A stretch of DNA of 36,545 bases from Pseudorhodobacter sp. (GTDB lineage: Bacteria; Pseudomonadota; Alphaproteobacteria; Rhodobacterales; Rhodobacteraceae): NCBI GenBank assembly GCA_041583175.1, contig JBFHGI010000001.1, forward strand, positions 1-36,545, in the 5' to 3' direction. A program made the translations under genes and the position numbers. The first letter of the stretch is position 1. Each line of letters opens with the position of its first letter. Below the pieces are notes generated by a model. The model saw only the letters and a list, made by a program, of their open reading frames with translations. It had not been told where the DNA came from and did not search any database. Shown one piece after another: positions 10,380-21,249 of the stretch.

Positions 10380-11720
10380 TTATGACGCGCGGTTTACGCT
10401 TTCCACGATCCTGTCCAGAACCTCGTTCAGCAAGCTCTGGTCCTCTGCCTCGCCCATGACGCGGATCAAGGGCTCGGTGCCGGATTTGCGGATCAGCAAG
10501 CGTCCGCTGCTGCCAAGAGTGGCTTCGCCTGCGGCGATCACCTGCTGCACCTCATCGCTGTCCAGCGGGGCCTTGTCATGGGCATAGCGGACATTGACCA
10601 GCTTTTGTGGCACCTGTTCGAACACGCGCCCCAAAGCGCTGGCTTTTTTGCCGGTTTCTACCATGGCTGCCAGAAACTGCAGCGCCCCGATCACCCCGTC
10701 GCCGGTGGTGGCGTAATCGGTCATCACGATATGGCCCGATTGCTCACCGCCGAGGTTGTGACCCTTGGCGCGCATCGCCTCGACCACATGGCGGTCACCG
10801 ACTGCGGTGCGTTCCAGCCCGATACCCTGGGCTTGCAAGAACCGCTCCAGTCCCAGATTTGACATGACGGTCGCCACCAAAGCATTGCCCTGCAAGCGCC
10901 CCTCGCGCGCCCAATGCGAGGCGATCAGCCCCATGATCTGGTCGCCGTCGATAATATGGCCTTTTTCATCGATCAGGATTACCCTGTCGGCATCGCCGTC
11001 CAGACAGATGCCGATATCGGCGCGGCTTTCGCGCACTTTGCGCGCGGCGGCTTGCGGATGGGTGGACCCGCATTCGGCATTGATGTTGAACCCGTCCGGT
11101 TCCACTCCGATCGGGATGACCTCGGCCCCCAGTTCCCACAAGACGGCCGGGGCGGTGCGATAGGCCGCGCCATTGGCGCAATCAATCACAATGCGCAGCC
11201 CGTCCAACCGCTTGCCATTCGGAAAGGTGGTCTTGGCATATTCGACATAGCGTCCGCGCGCATCTTCCAGACGCCGCGACCGGCCGATGTTTTCAGGGGC
11301 CGCCGGGGCCACGCCTTTTTCCAGCAGGTCCTGAATCGACTGCTCATCCGCATCGCTGAGCTTGAAGCCATCGGGGCCGAAAAACTTGATGCCATTGTCG
11401 GAGGCGGGGTTATGGCTGGCCGAGATCATCACGCCGACATCGGCGCGCAGGCTATGGGTCAGATAGCCGATGGCCGGCGTTGGCACCGGCCCCAATACAA
11501 ACACATTCATGCCGGTTGAGGTGAATCCCGCTGTCAAAGCCGTTTCGATCATATAGCCCGACAGGCGGGTATCCTTGCCGATCACCACGCGGTGCTCTTG
11601 CTTGTCACGTCGGAAATGCCGCCCCGCCGCTGCCCCCAGCTGCAAGGCCACTTCCGCAGTCATGGGCCATGTATTGGCCTGACCGCGCACCCCATCGGTG
11701 CCAAACAGATTTTTGGACAT
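10380..11720 (-). CDS. glmM: Phosphoglucosamine mutase
   Basis: [17 protein letters not shown], catalytic ISASHNP, metal loop [25 protein letters not shown]. Confidence 0.95.
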   Translation of the reverse strand: MSKNLFGTDGVRGQANTWPMTAEVALQLGAAAGRHFRRDKQEHRVVIGKDTRLSGYMIETALTAGFTSTGMNVFVLGPVPTPAIGYLTHSLRADVGVMISASHNPASDNGIKFFGPDGFKLSDADEQSIQDLLEKGVAPAAPENIGRSRRLEDARGRYVEYAKTTFPNGKRLDGLRIVIDCANGAAYRTAPAVLWELGAEVIPIGVEPDGFNINAECGSTHPQAAARKVRESRADIGICLDGDADRVILIDEKGHIIDGDQIMGLIASHWAREGRLQGNALVATVMSNLGLERFLQAQGIGLERTAVGDRHVVEAMRAKGHNLGGEQSGHIVMTDYATTGDGVIGALQFLAAMVETGKKASALGRVFEQVPQKLVNVRYAHDKAPLDSDEVQQVIAAGEATLGSSGRLLIRKSGTEPLIRVMGEAEDQSLLNEVLDRIVESVNRAS

Positions 11721-11852
11721 ATCGTTCCTTCCGGATCAGCAAAAGCAGCCATGCGGCCAGTATACACAGCACTATCCTTGTCCTGCAGGAAAAGCAATTC
11801 TGCCGCCGCCACCTTGATCACCATAACTATCGCCGGGCAAATCACAGGGGGC

Positions 11853-12446
11853 TCAGATGATCGCGGCGGCGGGATCAGCGGCGAAATCCGCCAGCAGGTC
11901 GCGCTGGCGGCGGGTCAAGATCTTGTCCATCCTTGCACGTATATCGGGCCAGTCACCGGCGGCGACGCGGTAGAGCAGCACGTCTATGTCAGTCCCGTCC
12001 TCGCGGGTCTGGGTCCGCGTGCCGCTTTGCGCCACGCCGAGGAACTTATTGGTTTTTTGCGGGGTGGCATTGCCCTTCAACACTTCGCTGTTGAGCGCGG
12101 ACGCGTGCAGCAGGTCAAAGGCCAATATCCCTGACACGGCAATCAGGATCGGGAAAAGGCCGGGGCGCACCGGCCCGTCGCCGCCGATATAACACCCCCA
12201 AAGCGCGCTGCCGTCGGGCTTGATGTTGACATTCAGCACGGCTTGCGGCGTTTCGTCTTCATGCAGGATGAAGAAATGGCGGTCATTGCGCGCGCCAAGT
12301 CCCGCCACAAACGCCAGATGCGCGTCGCGGGTGATTGGCGCATTGCTGAGCGAATTGGCACGCACATGGGGGGCGTTGCGCCAAGACAGTACCAGATCGG
12401 CATTGTCGGCGCTGAAGCGCTCCAGATGCAGGCCGGAGTTGCTCAT
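11853..12446 (-). CDS. pseH: PseH/FlmH-like GNAT N-acyltransferase
   Basis: VLSWRN.P.VR, I....H..F, WGCYIG and EVL..N are PseH-family hallmarks; located in a pse cluster. The CoA-binding GxG loop looks altered (RPGLFP). Confidence 0.7.
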   Translation of the reverse strand: MSNSGLHLERFSADNADLVLSWRNAPHVRANSLSNAPITRDAHLAFVAGLGARNDRHFFILHEDETPQAVLNVNIKPDGSALWGCYIGGDGPVRPGLFPILIAVSGILAFDLLHASALNSEVLKGNATPQKTNKFLGVAQSGTRTQTREDGTDIDVLLYRVAAGDWPDIRARMDKILTRRQRDLLADFAADPAAAII

Positions 12447-13183
12447 GCGGTGGAACCGCCGTCGATGGTCATGATCGCACCCGTCATCATCGCGGCCTCA
12501 TCCGACAGCAGATAGGCAGCGGCCCCGGCCACATCCTGCGGAGAGGGCAGACCCAGGGGCGCGCGGCGGCGCACGGACTCGAGCTTGGGACCTTCGAGCC
12601 CCGCGGTCATGGCGGTTTCCATATAGCCGGGTGCGATGCAGTTCACGGTGATCTTGGCGCGGCCCAATTCGCGCGAGAGCGAGCGGGTGAAACCCTCCAG
12701 CCCGGCCTTGGAGGCGGCATAGACCGCCAGACCGTTAAAGCCGGTGGAGGCGATGATGGAGGAAACATTGATCACCCGGCCCGTACGTTTGGTCAGCATG
12801 GAACGGCAGGCGTATTTGGTCATCAGGATTGGCGCCTCGAGGTTGACGCGCAGCACCTTGGATATCTCGGTCTGGTGCTGGGTGGCCAGCAACCCGTCCA
12901 ACCCGATGCCCGCATTGTTGATCAGGCCATAAAGCGCGCCATATTCGCGTGTAATCGCCGTGACAAAGGCAGGAATGCCGTCGAGATCATCCAGATCATA
13001 GGATTTGTAGATCACGGTATCGGAATGGGCGGCGCGCAAGGCGTCGAATTCATCCGACGGCGAGCGCCCGACACAGATCAACCGGTAATCCGGTTCGCGC
13101 ACCAGCCGTTCAACGATGGCCAGACCCAGCCCGCGGGTGGCGCCGGTGATGATGACATTCTTCAGCTTGCCTGTATCGGCCAT
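12443..13183 (-). CDS. FabG-like short-chain dehydrogenase (oxoacyl-ACP reductase)
   Basis: TGATRGLG, NNAG, YAASK, VNCIAPG, IDGG. Start at ATG 13183 just after the ligase stop; ATGA overlap with the GNAT. Confidence 0.88.
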   Translation of the reverse strand: MADTGKLKNVIITGATRGLGLAIVERLVREPDYRLICVGRSPSDEFDALRAAHSDTVIYKSYDLDDLDGIPAFVTAITREYGALYGLINNAGIGLDGLLATQHQTEISKVLRVNLEAPILMTKYACRSMLTKRTGRVINVSSIIASTGFNGLAVYAASKAGLEGFTRSLSRELGRAKITVNCIAPGYMETAMTAGLEGPKLESVRRRAPLGLPSPQDVAGAAAYLLSDEAAMMTGAIMTIDGGSTA

Positions 13184-13184
13184 G

Positions 13185-14525
13185 TCAGCTGTCCCTTTTG
13201 ATTTTGCCTGCGGCATTTATCTCGAAACCGTCAAGCAGACGGATGGAGGCTGGCACCATGTGTTTTTCGAGCCGGGCGCGCAGAAACGCCCCCAGATCCT
13301 GTTTGAGGGTTTCAGGGGCGTCCGCTTTGGGCACCACATCGGCCATCACCAGCGCTCCCATGATCGGATTGGCCTTGGCATAGACCCGCGCCATCTGGAC
13401 ATGGGGATGCGCCAACAGCGCGCGCTCGACCTCTTCGGGGTGGACCTTGTTGCCGCCTACGTTGATCACTCCGCTCTCGCGGCCCTTGAAATGCACGCGG
13501 TCCTCGCGTTGTTCAACCATGTCGCCGGTATCCACCCAGCCGTCTTGCGCCAGTGTGTCACGGTCGCCCAGATACTGCGCGCCGACCTGTTCGTTGCGCA
13601 CCCAGAGCCGCCCCTCGGCAATGCGCAGGCCGATGCCCGAGGGTGGATCGGTCAGATAGCTGGCCGGAAAGCCCGCCTTGCGGTCAATCACCGAAAAGCC
13701 GACGCCTGCTTCGGTCGAGGCGAAGATATGGCTGACCCGCGCATCGGGCCAGGCCCGCGCCACCGAGGCCAGCACCGCATCATCGGCAATCTCGCCGCCG
13801 AGCGTGATCTGGCGCAGGTCCATCTGCTTGTGCTGCGGGCACATCAGGATCTTGCGCCACATGGTGGGGGTCGCACTCAGATGGGTGACACCCTGCGTGC
13901 CCAGAAAGACCAACTGCGCATTCAATTCCGCATCCTGCGGCGGCAAGGCCAGACAGGCCCCCGACATCAGGCTTTGCAGCACGACCTGAAGGCCCGCGAA
14001 ACGGGTGTAGTCATAGACCATACCCCAGACCTGCCCGCGTCCGCGATCGGTATCCAGCCGGGCTGTGCGTGTCAGGCTGGACAGGGAATGGCGTACCAGC
14101 TTGGGGGTGCTTGTGGTGCCCGAGGTGGTCATGATCCATGCGGTATCCGCACAAGGCGCGGTGGGGGAGGCGGTCAGATCGTCCAGATCCGCGGCCGTAG
14201 GTGCGGTAAGTCCTGCCTGTGCCAGTGCGGCGGCCTGCTGTGTCAGCACAAAATCGGGCGCCAGCAGATTCATCAACGGCGCCAGAACGGCCGGATCATG
14301 CTGGGGCGACATCAGCGAAACCGAGGCCGCCGTGCCATCAGCGGCGGCGAGCACCCGCAGGGCCAGTGCCAGATCTGCGTGGTTCACAACCAGCCGCCGC
14401 CCTGCCAACGCGGGCGCCAGCGCGCGGGCCGCTTCCGTCAGTGCCCCGAAGCTGACAACACCCTCGGTCGTCACCAGTGCCGGGCGAGCCGCATCAATCG
14501 CGTTCAGGGCGTCAGCAAAGCTCAT
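13185..14525 (-). CDS. AMP-forming acyl-ACP/acyl-CoA ligase (ANL superfamily)
   Basis: TTSGTTSTPK P-loop, FASTEAG, DTGD, GR..GVINVGGNKVHPEEVE, C-terminal GKI; ATGA overlap with the ACP. Confidence 0.88.
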   Translation of the reverse strand: MSFADALNAIDAARPALVTTEGVVSFGALTEAARALAPALAGRRLVVNHADLALALRVLAAADGTAASVSLMSPQHDPAVLAPLMNLLAPDFVLTQQAAALAQAGLTAPTAADLDDLTASPTAPCADTAWIMTTSGTTSTPKLVRHSLSSLTRTARLDTDRGRGQVWGMVYDYTRFAGLQVVLQSLMSGACLALPPQDAELNAQLVFLGTQGVTHLSATPTMWRKILMCPQHKQMDLRQITLGGEIADDAVLASVARAWPDARVSHIFASTEAGVGFSVIDRKAGFPASYLTDPPSGIGLRIAEGRLWVRNEQVGAQYLGDRDTLAQDGWVDTGDMVEQREDRVHFKGRESGVINVGGNKVHPEEVERALLAHPHVQMARVYAKANPIMGALVMADVVPKADAPETLKQDLGAFLRARLEKHMVPASIRLLDGFEINAAGKIKRDS

Positions 14526-14791
14526 GAGGGTTGGTTGGCCATGTAGAAGGCCAGGAATTCGTCGTATGTGCTGGGGTAATAGGCCTCGGTCGAAAGACTG
14601 AAGGGGTCAAACCCAAGTTCTTCTTCCAGACGGGTCACCAGAATGGCAAAGCCCAGGCTGTCCATGCCGGTTTCGAGCAGAACGGTATCGCCCTTCAAAT
14701 CGGGTGCTTCGGCCCCGTCGGCCTGCATGGTGTAAATTTCGGCAAACAGACTGCGGATCGTGCTGTCCAGCGCGGCTTGGGAATGGCTCAT
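14522..14791 (-). CDS. Acyl carrier protein
   Basis: 89-aa acidic protein with GMDSLG phosphopantetheine site; ggag RBS. Confidence 0.85.
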   Translation of the reverse strand: MSHSQAALDSTIRSLFAEIYTMQADGAEAPDLKGDTVLLETGMDSLGFAILVTRLEEELGFDPFSLSTEAYYPSTYDEFLAFYMANQPS

Positions 14792-14968
14792 GGTGTTGTG
14801 AAACTCCGGCTAAATGTGACGGTCATTTTAATGCGCCGATCCGACAATATGCTTTTGTAAGGCGGTGGCACAGCTATCAACGGGCATGCTCGATGTTAGG
14901 TCTTAAAGGGGATGGCATGTTCTGGCCAGTCCCCTTCCCGAGATTTTCGCAGACCCGTCCCGTCCAGG

Positions 14969-16015
14969 TCAGGTATAATGCTCCGCTGCCAGCGGGGTGC
15001 CTGCTTCGATATCGCGGGTCGCGACCTTGCCCAGCACGTCCTCATAGTGACGGGTGTGCAGCCCGTTGGCAGGCCGGATGGAGCGCAGGTTTTCGGGGGT
15101 AAACATCTCACCCTTTTTCAAAGCGCCCGTGACATAAAGCGAGCGGCGGAAGTCGCGGGTGCGCACCTCGCCCTTGCTGGGCTCGAAGGTGATCTGACCC
15201 AACGCGGCTTCCGCATCGCGCACCACGCGGACCATGTCGGTAAATTCATCGGGTTCCAGCGAGAAGGCGCTGTCCGGCCCACCATCGGCGCGCGCCAGCG
15301 TGATGTGCTTTTCAATCACCTTGGCGCCAAGGGCGGTGGCCACCATCGGCAGGGTAGGGCCCATCGTGTGATCCGACAGGCCGGGGATCACCTTGAAGCG
15401 CTCGGCGAATTCCACCATCGTGGCGAGGTTTGCTTCTTCCACCTTGGCCGGATAGGCGGCAGTGCATTTAAGCAGGCAGATATCCTGGCAGCCATTGGCG
15501 CGCAGAGTTGCCAGCGCCTCTTCGATCTCGGCCAGATTGCCCATGCCGGTGGAAATCAACACCGGTTTGCCGGTCTGGGCCACGCGCTTGATCAGCGGAA
15601 TATCGACCAACTCGCTCGAGGCGATCTTGTAGAAATCGACGCCCAGATCCTCAAGGTAATCGACAGCCGTAAAATCAAACGGGGTCGACAGCGCCTGCAT
15701 CCCCAATTCCCGCGCCCGGTCAAAGATCGGCTTGTGCCATTCCCACGGCAAGGAGGCTTTTTCAAACAGCGAATACAGGGTCTCGCCTTCCCAGATCGTA
15801 CCCGACACCTGAAATTCGGGACGGTCGGATTTGATGGTCAGCGTGTCAGCCGTATAGGTCTGCAGCTTGATCGCATCCGCGCCCGCCTTAGCCGCCGCAT
15901 CGACAATCTCCAGCGCGCGGTTCAGATCGTGGTTATGGTTCGCCGATACCTCTGCAATGATGAAACAGGGATTATCGCCGCCGATATTGAGGTCCGAAAA
16001 GCGGGTAACAGGCAA
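14969..16015 (-). CDS. pseI: Pseudaminic acid synthase (NeuB family)
   Basis: IAEVSANHN, IKLQTYTADT, LPWEWH, LKCT..YPA, GLSDHT, IEKH.TL.R..GG.DSAFSLEP, FRRSLY, C-terminal SAF-like domain. Start re-called at TTG 16015 (RBS aaaggt), giving 348 aa. Confidence 0.92.
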   Translation of the reverse strand: MPVTRFSDLNIGGDNPCFIIAEVSANHNHDLNRALEIVDAAAKAGADAIKLQTYTADTLTIKSDRPEFQVSGTIWEGETLYSLFEKASLPWEWHKPIFDRARELGMQALSTPFDFTAVDYLEDLGVDFYKIASSELVDIPLIKRVAQTGKPVLISTGMGNLAEIEEALATLRANGCQDICLLKCTAAYPAKVEEANLATMVEFAERFKVIPGLSDHTMGPTLPMVATALGAKVIEKHITLARADGGPDSAFSLEPDEFTDMVRVVRDAEAALGQITFEPSKGEVRTRDFRRSLYVTGALKKGEMFTPENLRSIRPANGLHTRHYEDVLGKVATRDIEAGTPLAAEHYT

Positions 16016-16052
16016 TGGATCAACCTTTGTCAGAAAGAGGGTGTGTCGGGGC

Positions 16053-16081
16053 ACTATGTAACAAGGCTTTTGCAGTGTGAA
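16053..16081 (-). promoter_or_regulatory. Putative sigma70-type promoter for pseI
   Basis: Minus strand TTCACA-17 nt-CATAGT, about 40 nt upstream of the TTG start, in the divergent pseI/pseB region. Confidence 0.45.
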
Positions 16082-16328
16082 CAGCCCTTCGCCCCGGGGC
16101 TGCGCGCTTTTCGCCCGCGATCTTGTGCCGACGCTGTGCCCGGGTTGGGGATCGGGCTTGACTCCATAGGCCGAATACCATTTTAACCCCGCAGGTTTCG
16201 GGTGCGGCAGGCGATTGGTGCCGGTTCCGATTTGGAGAACAGACAGCGTAACAATTCGCGCTAAAGTGGATTTATCTTCTGTCTGTGTAATCAAGAGCAC
16301 CGCGAAGGAGTCTTCGGGGTTTGTTTAA

Positions 16329-17399
<1,071 letters not shown>

Positions 17400-17411
17400 T
17401 CCGGCCCCAAT

Positions 17412-18542
17412 ATGGCTGCAGCCTCCCCCCAGCCTGTTCAACAGCGGGTCGTGTTTCGTGCCGATGCCGGCCAACGAATCGGCACCGGCCATGTGATGCG
17501 GTGCCTGTCGATTGCGGACAGGCTGGCACAGATGGGGGCGCGCGCGCGCTTCGTCTGCAAGGCGCATGATGGCCATATGGCCGCGCAAATCCGGGCGCGG
17601 GGCTATGGCTGTGATCTGCTGCCTGTCACCCCGGACTGGCACGCTGCCGATTATCTGGGGTGGCTCGGAGGCCCCATGGCCGAGGATGCAGAGCAGACGG
17701 CGGCGGCGATTGCGGCCACTGGCGGGGCGGATATGCTGGTGGTCGATCACTACGCGCTGGATGCAAGTTATCACCGTGCCTTGCGGCAGGTTGTGCCCCG
17801 TATCGCGGTGATTGATGATTTGCACAACCGCCCGCATGATTGTGACCTTTTGATCGACCAGAATATCGGCCATGATGCGGCGGCCTATGCCGGGCTTGTG
17901 CCTGACCATGCCCGATTTCTGGTCGGGGCCGATTATGCCCCGATCCGCGCCGCCTTTTTGGCCTTGCGGGCCGGTTCACTGGCGCGGCGCGCAGATATTG
18001 CCGTGCCCAAGGTGCTGCTGGTGTCTTTGGGCGGTTCTGACCCCGATAACGTGACCATGGCGGCATTGGATGCCCTGCGTCCGCCGCTGGTCTTTGATCA
18101 GGTGCATGTCGTGCTGTCCAGCGTGGCCCGCCATTTGGCGGCTGTGCGTGCGGTCGTGGCGGGGCTTTCCCATGTCACCTTGCATGTCGATACGCAGAAG
18201 ATGCCGGAACTGATGGCGCAAGCGGATCTGTCGATCGGGGCGGCAGGGGTGACGGCGATTGAACGCTGTGTGCTGGGCCTGCCCACGCTTATGGTGGTGG
18301 TTGCCGATAATCAGATAGAGGCGGCGCATCGCATGGCCGCTTTGGGGGCTGTTAGCGTCCTGGGCAACACAGCCTCTATTACCTCACAAACCGTGCAGAC
18401 GGCGCTGGCCGCCTTCATGGATGACACCACAGGCCGTCTGCAGGATATGAGCCGCTGCGCCGCCGATTTATATGATGGTCAGGGGCTGGACCGTATTGCC
18501 CCGGCCTTGTTTGAAACCATGTCTCCTGATACGGCCCCTTAA
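17412..18542 (+). CDS. pseG: UDP-2,4-diacylamido-2,4,6-trideoxy-beta-L-altropyranose hydrolase
   Basis: FRADAG..IGTGHVMRCL, VVDHY, IDD, DQN, GGSDP, VADNQ; lies between pseB and pseC. Confidence 0.9.
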   Translation: MAAASPQPVQQRVVFRADAGQRIGTGHVMRCLSIADRLAQMGARARFVCKAHDGHMAAQIRARGYGCDLLPVTPDWHAADYLGWLGGPMAEDAEQTAAAIAATGGADMLVVDHYALDASYHRALRQVVPRIAVIDDLHNRPHDCDLLIDQNIGHDAAAYAGLVPDHARFLVGADYAPIRAAFLALRAGSLARRADIAVPKVLLVSLGGSDPDNVTMAALDALRPPLVFDQVHVVLSSVARHLAAVRAVVAGLSHVTLHVDTQKMPELMAQADLSIGAAGVTAIERCVLGLPTLMVVVADNQIEAAHRMAALGAVSVLGNTASITSQTVQTALAAFMDDTTGRLQDMSRCAADLYDGQGLDRIAPALFETMSPDTAP

Positions 18543-18574
18543 CCCGTTATGACCCCTTAAAAGGAGTTTCCCCC

Positions 18575-19771
18575 GTGCTAGCCTATGGTCGCCAGTCCAT
18601 TTCCCAAGAAGATATCAACGAAGTCACCCGCGTTCTGAAGGGCGATTTTCTGACCACCGGTCCCGAGGTTCCTGCCTTCGAGGCGGCATTTTGCGACTAT
18701 ACCGGTGCCGCCCATGCGCTGGCCTGTTCCAATGGCACGGCGGCTTTGCATATGGTTGGCATGGCGATGGATCTGGCCCCCGGTGATCAGGTCATCGTGC
18801 CGACCCTGTCCTTCGTCGCCACCGCCAACGGCCCGCATTATTGCGGGGCTGAGGTGATCTTTGCCGATGTGGACCCTGAAACCGGTTTGATGACCCCTGA
18901 CACCTTGCAAGAGGCGCTGTCGCGGGCCGATGCCACGCGGCTAAAGGCGGTGTTTGTCGTGCATCTGAACGGTGCGCCGGCCGATCTGGCAAAAATTGCC
19001 GATATGACCCGCATCGCCGGGGCCTATCTGGTGGAAGATGCCTGCCATGCGCTTGGCTCTACCTATGCGATCGGCAATGGGCGCGGCCGGGTCGGCGATT
19101 GCCAGCTATCGGATTTTTGCTGCTTTTCCTTCCATCCGGTGAAAACCATCACCAGTGGCGAAGGCGGTATGGTGACCTGCCGCACGCCCGAGATGGCCAA
19201 GAAGCTGGCGCTGCTGCGCAATCACGGGTTGGAACGCGACGCGGAACTGTTTACCGACCCCGATATCGGTTTTGAACCGGGCAGCGGCGCGGCGAACCCT
19301 TGGGCCTATGAGTTGCAGATGCTGGGCTATAACTACCGGCTGACCGATTTTCAGGCGGCTTTGGGCCGCTCGCAGCTGGGGCGGATGCCGCAGTTCGGCT
19401 CTGCCCGCAAGGCGCTGGTGGCGGCATATCGGCGCAAGTTGGTGCCTTTGGCGCATCTGGTGCAACCGGTGCCCAATACTGCCGATGCCGAAGCGGTGCT
19501 GCATTTGATGGTGGGGCGTATCGATTTTGCCGCCTGCGGCAAAACCCGGCGTCAGGTGATGGCAGAGCTGCGCGCACTGGGTGTGGGCACACAGGTGCAT
19601 TACATCCCGATCCATCGCCAGCCCTATTACCGCGCGCTGAACCCCGATCTGACCCTGCCGGGGGCAGAGGCCTATTACAGCCATTGCCTGTCCCTGCCGC
19701 TTTACCCCGATATGACCGAGGCGGATGTGGATACGGTTGTGCGCGCTCTGGCGCAGGTTCTGGGCGGCTGA
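18575..19771 (+). CDS. pseC: UDP-4-keto-6-deoxy-AltNAc 4-aminotransferase (DegT family)
   Basis: YGRQSI..EDI, SNGTAALH, EDACHA, PLP lysine motif FSFHPVKTITSGEGG, GYNYRLTD, QVHYIP; GTG start with aaggag RBS. Confidence 0.92.
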   Translation: MLAYGRQSISQEDINEVTRVLKGDFLTTGPEVPAFEAAFCDYTGAAHALACSNGTAALHMVGMAMDLAPGDQVIVPTLSFVATANGPHYCGAEVIFADVDPETGLMTPDTLQEALSRADATRLKAVFVVHLNGAPADLAKIADMTRIAGAYLVEDACHALGSTYAIGNGRGRVGDCQLSDFCCFSFHPVKTITSGEGGMVTCRTPEMAKKLALLRNHGLERDAELFTDPDIGFEPGSGAANPWAYELQMLGYNYRLTDFQAALGRSQLGRMPQFGSARKALVAAYRRKLVPLAHLVQPVPNTADAEAVLHLMVGRIDFAACGKTRRQVMAELRALGVGTQVHYIPIHRQPYYRALNPDLTLPGAEAYYSHCLSLPLYPDMTEADVDTVVRALAQVLGG

Positions 19772-19798
19772 AACGGCGACGGGGCGGAGAGAGGCGCC

Positions 19799-20773
19799 CT
19801 AGACCGGATCCTGAAGCGAGGCCGCCGCCAGATCGCGGATCAAAGCGGCATCAGGTTCGAAATGAAACGGGGTTTCGGGTTCTTCTGGCATGTCGGTTGA
19901 AAACGTCACCTGACGGGCGGCAGCGAGCTCGGCGTTCAAGGGGGCCAGACCGGCCAGAAAGCCTTGCCGCAGGGTGCTGCCCATCATGCCGCGCCCCGCC
20001 ATGGCCTGTATCAGTTCAGCAGGTGGGTCCTTGCGCAGCCGCGCCACCAAAGGCCCCAAGGCATAGGGTAGGCCTGCGCGGTTGATATGCCGGATCACCT
20101 CGATCACCCCGGCGGGGGGGCTGACATTGGTTTGCGGTGTGGGGGCGATGTGCAAAGCCTTTCCAGACACCGCGGCCTCCAGTACCGGGCGGTGCAGGGC
20201 CTCGCCTTTCAGCAAATCATAATTCACCGCCGTGACCGGGCCAAACCTGTCCCAGCGGGTCAAATTGCGATGATAGTCAAAGCGGTCGCGAATTTCGGGA
20301 TCTTCCAGAAAACGGCCAATGGGATCCAGCGCTACGGCTTTGCCTTCGCGCACATATTGCGAATAAAGCGATTCCGCATAGCGGTCCTGCCGGCGCAGAA
20401 AGCAGATGATCGAAAAATCGAATACATCGCGCCAGGGATCAAAGAAGTCCTGCAAGGCATCTTGCGGCAGGCTTAGCCCTTCTTCGCTCAGGATCAGGCA
20501 GCCGGCCTTGCTGGCGTGGAATTCTGCCAGAATGCGTGCGCGTTCGGCGGCCATAGCCGCAGGCCCGTTCAGCGTGGCGCGATAGATGAAATTATGCGCG
20601 GGCAAATGCGGATGCGGGTCGCGGGCGGGATCGGGATAGCAGATACCCGCTTTCAGAAGTACTGCGCGATTGTCACGCAGCGCCGACTGGATAGAGGTGG
20701 TGCCGGTTTTATGGGTGCCGATATGCAGCACCAACCGGGGCCGTACCGGAGCTTTGCGCCGAAAGGGCCACAT
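19799..20773 (-). CDS. Sulfotransferase-fold (P-loop) protein, putative glycan sulfotransferase
   Basis: LHIGTHKTGTTSIQ resembles the 5'-phosphosulfate-binding loop; ILSEEGL; LRRQD.YAES.Y resembles the 3'-phosphate-binding motif. Start ATG 20773 overlaps the upstream TAA. Confidence 0.65.
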   Translation of the reverse strand: MWPFRRKAPVRPRLVLHIGTHKTGTTSIQSALRDNRAVLLKAGICYPDPARDPHPHLPAHNFIYRATLNGPAAMAAERARILAEFHASKAGCLILSEEGLSLPQDALQDFFDPWRDVFDFSIICFLRRQDRYAESLYSQYVREGKAVALDPIGRFLEDPEIRDRFDYHRNLTRWDRFGPVTAVNYDLLKGEALHRPVLEAAVSGKALHIAPTPQTNVSPPAGVIEVIRHINRAGLPYALGPLVARLRKDPPAELIQAMAGRGMMGSTLRQGFLAGLAPLNAELAAARQVTFSTDMPEEPETPFHFEPDAALIRDLAAASLQDPV

Positions 20774-21249
20774 TACCAATACCTCTCGGGGAACCAGTGA
20801 TAGGTCGGGTCTGTCAGGTTATCGACCGGGCCACAAAAAGCCGCCCCACGCGCGCATCCCAACCAGTCGCCGCAGCGTGACCGGATCAAAAGCCGGTCCT
20901 GCAAGCGGTAAAGCAGCCATTGCAAGGGGCGCAACACATGGGTCGGGTCTGCCACTTCAAGCCCAAGGGCGGGGGCATCCGCGCCAAGGCAATAGCCATC
21001 GTCATTCTGGCAGACCAGCCGCCAGACATCCGGCTGCCCCGGCACCATCACGCCTTTCCAGCGGGTGCCGACAAAGGGGGGCCTTGTGCTTTGGGCCATG
21101 GTGACGCGGCGGCTGTCAAACACCCCATCGAGGTATAGCGGCGTTGCGGAGCCTGCCGCACGCAAAGCCATATGGAAGCCGTCGCGCAGGGCCAGCCCCG
21201 GCCAGCCGGGCAGTGGATCGGGGCTGCGCAAAAGCTGCGGCTCAGCCAT
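20773..21249 (-). CDS. Hypothetical 158-aa protein, possible beta-trefoil (ricin-B/fascin-like) lectin
   Basis: Overlaps both neighbours (coupled). Three internal segments contain YLDG/YCLG/WLG cores and end in RW, QW, HW. Confidence 0.6.
   Translation of the reverse strand: MAEPQLLRSPDPLPGWPGLALRDGFHMALRAAGSATPLYLDGVFDSRRVTMAQSTRPPFVGTRWKGVMVPGQPDVWRLVCQNDDGYCLGADAPALGLEVADPTHVLRPLQWLLYRLQDRLLIRSRCGDWLGCARGAAFCGPVDNLTDPTYHWFPERYW

Noticed and set aside
16016-16300. 95-aa N-terminal extension of PseI in the ORF track
   Set aside because: Non-homologous to NeuB/PseI, spans the divergent promoter region, and a TTG with RBS at 16015 gives a normal length.
20735-20773. Twin-arginine (Tat) signal in MWPFRRKAPVRPR
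   Set aside because: No hydrophobic H-region; the catalytic-like LHIG motif follows immediately.
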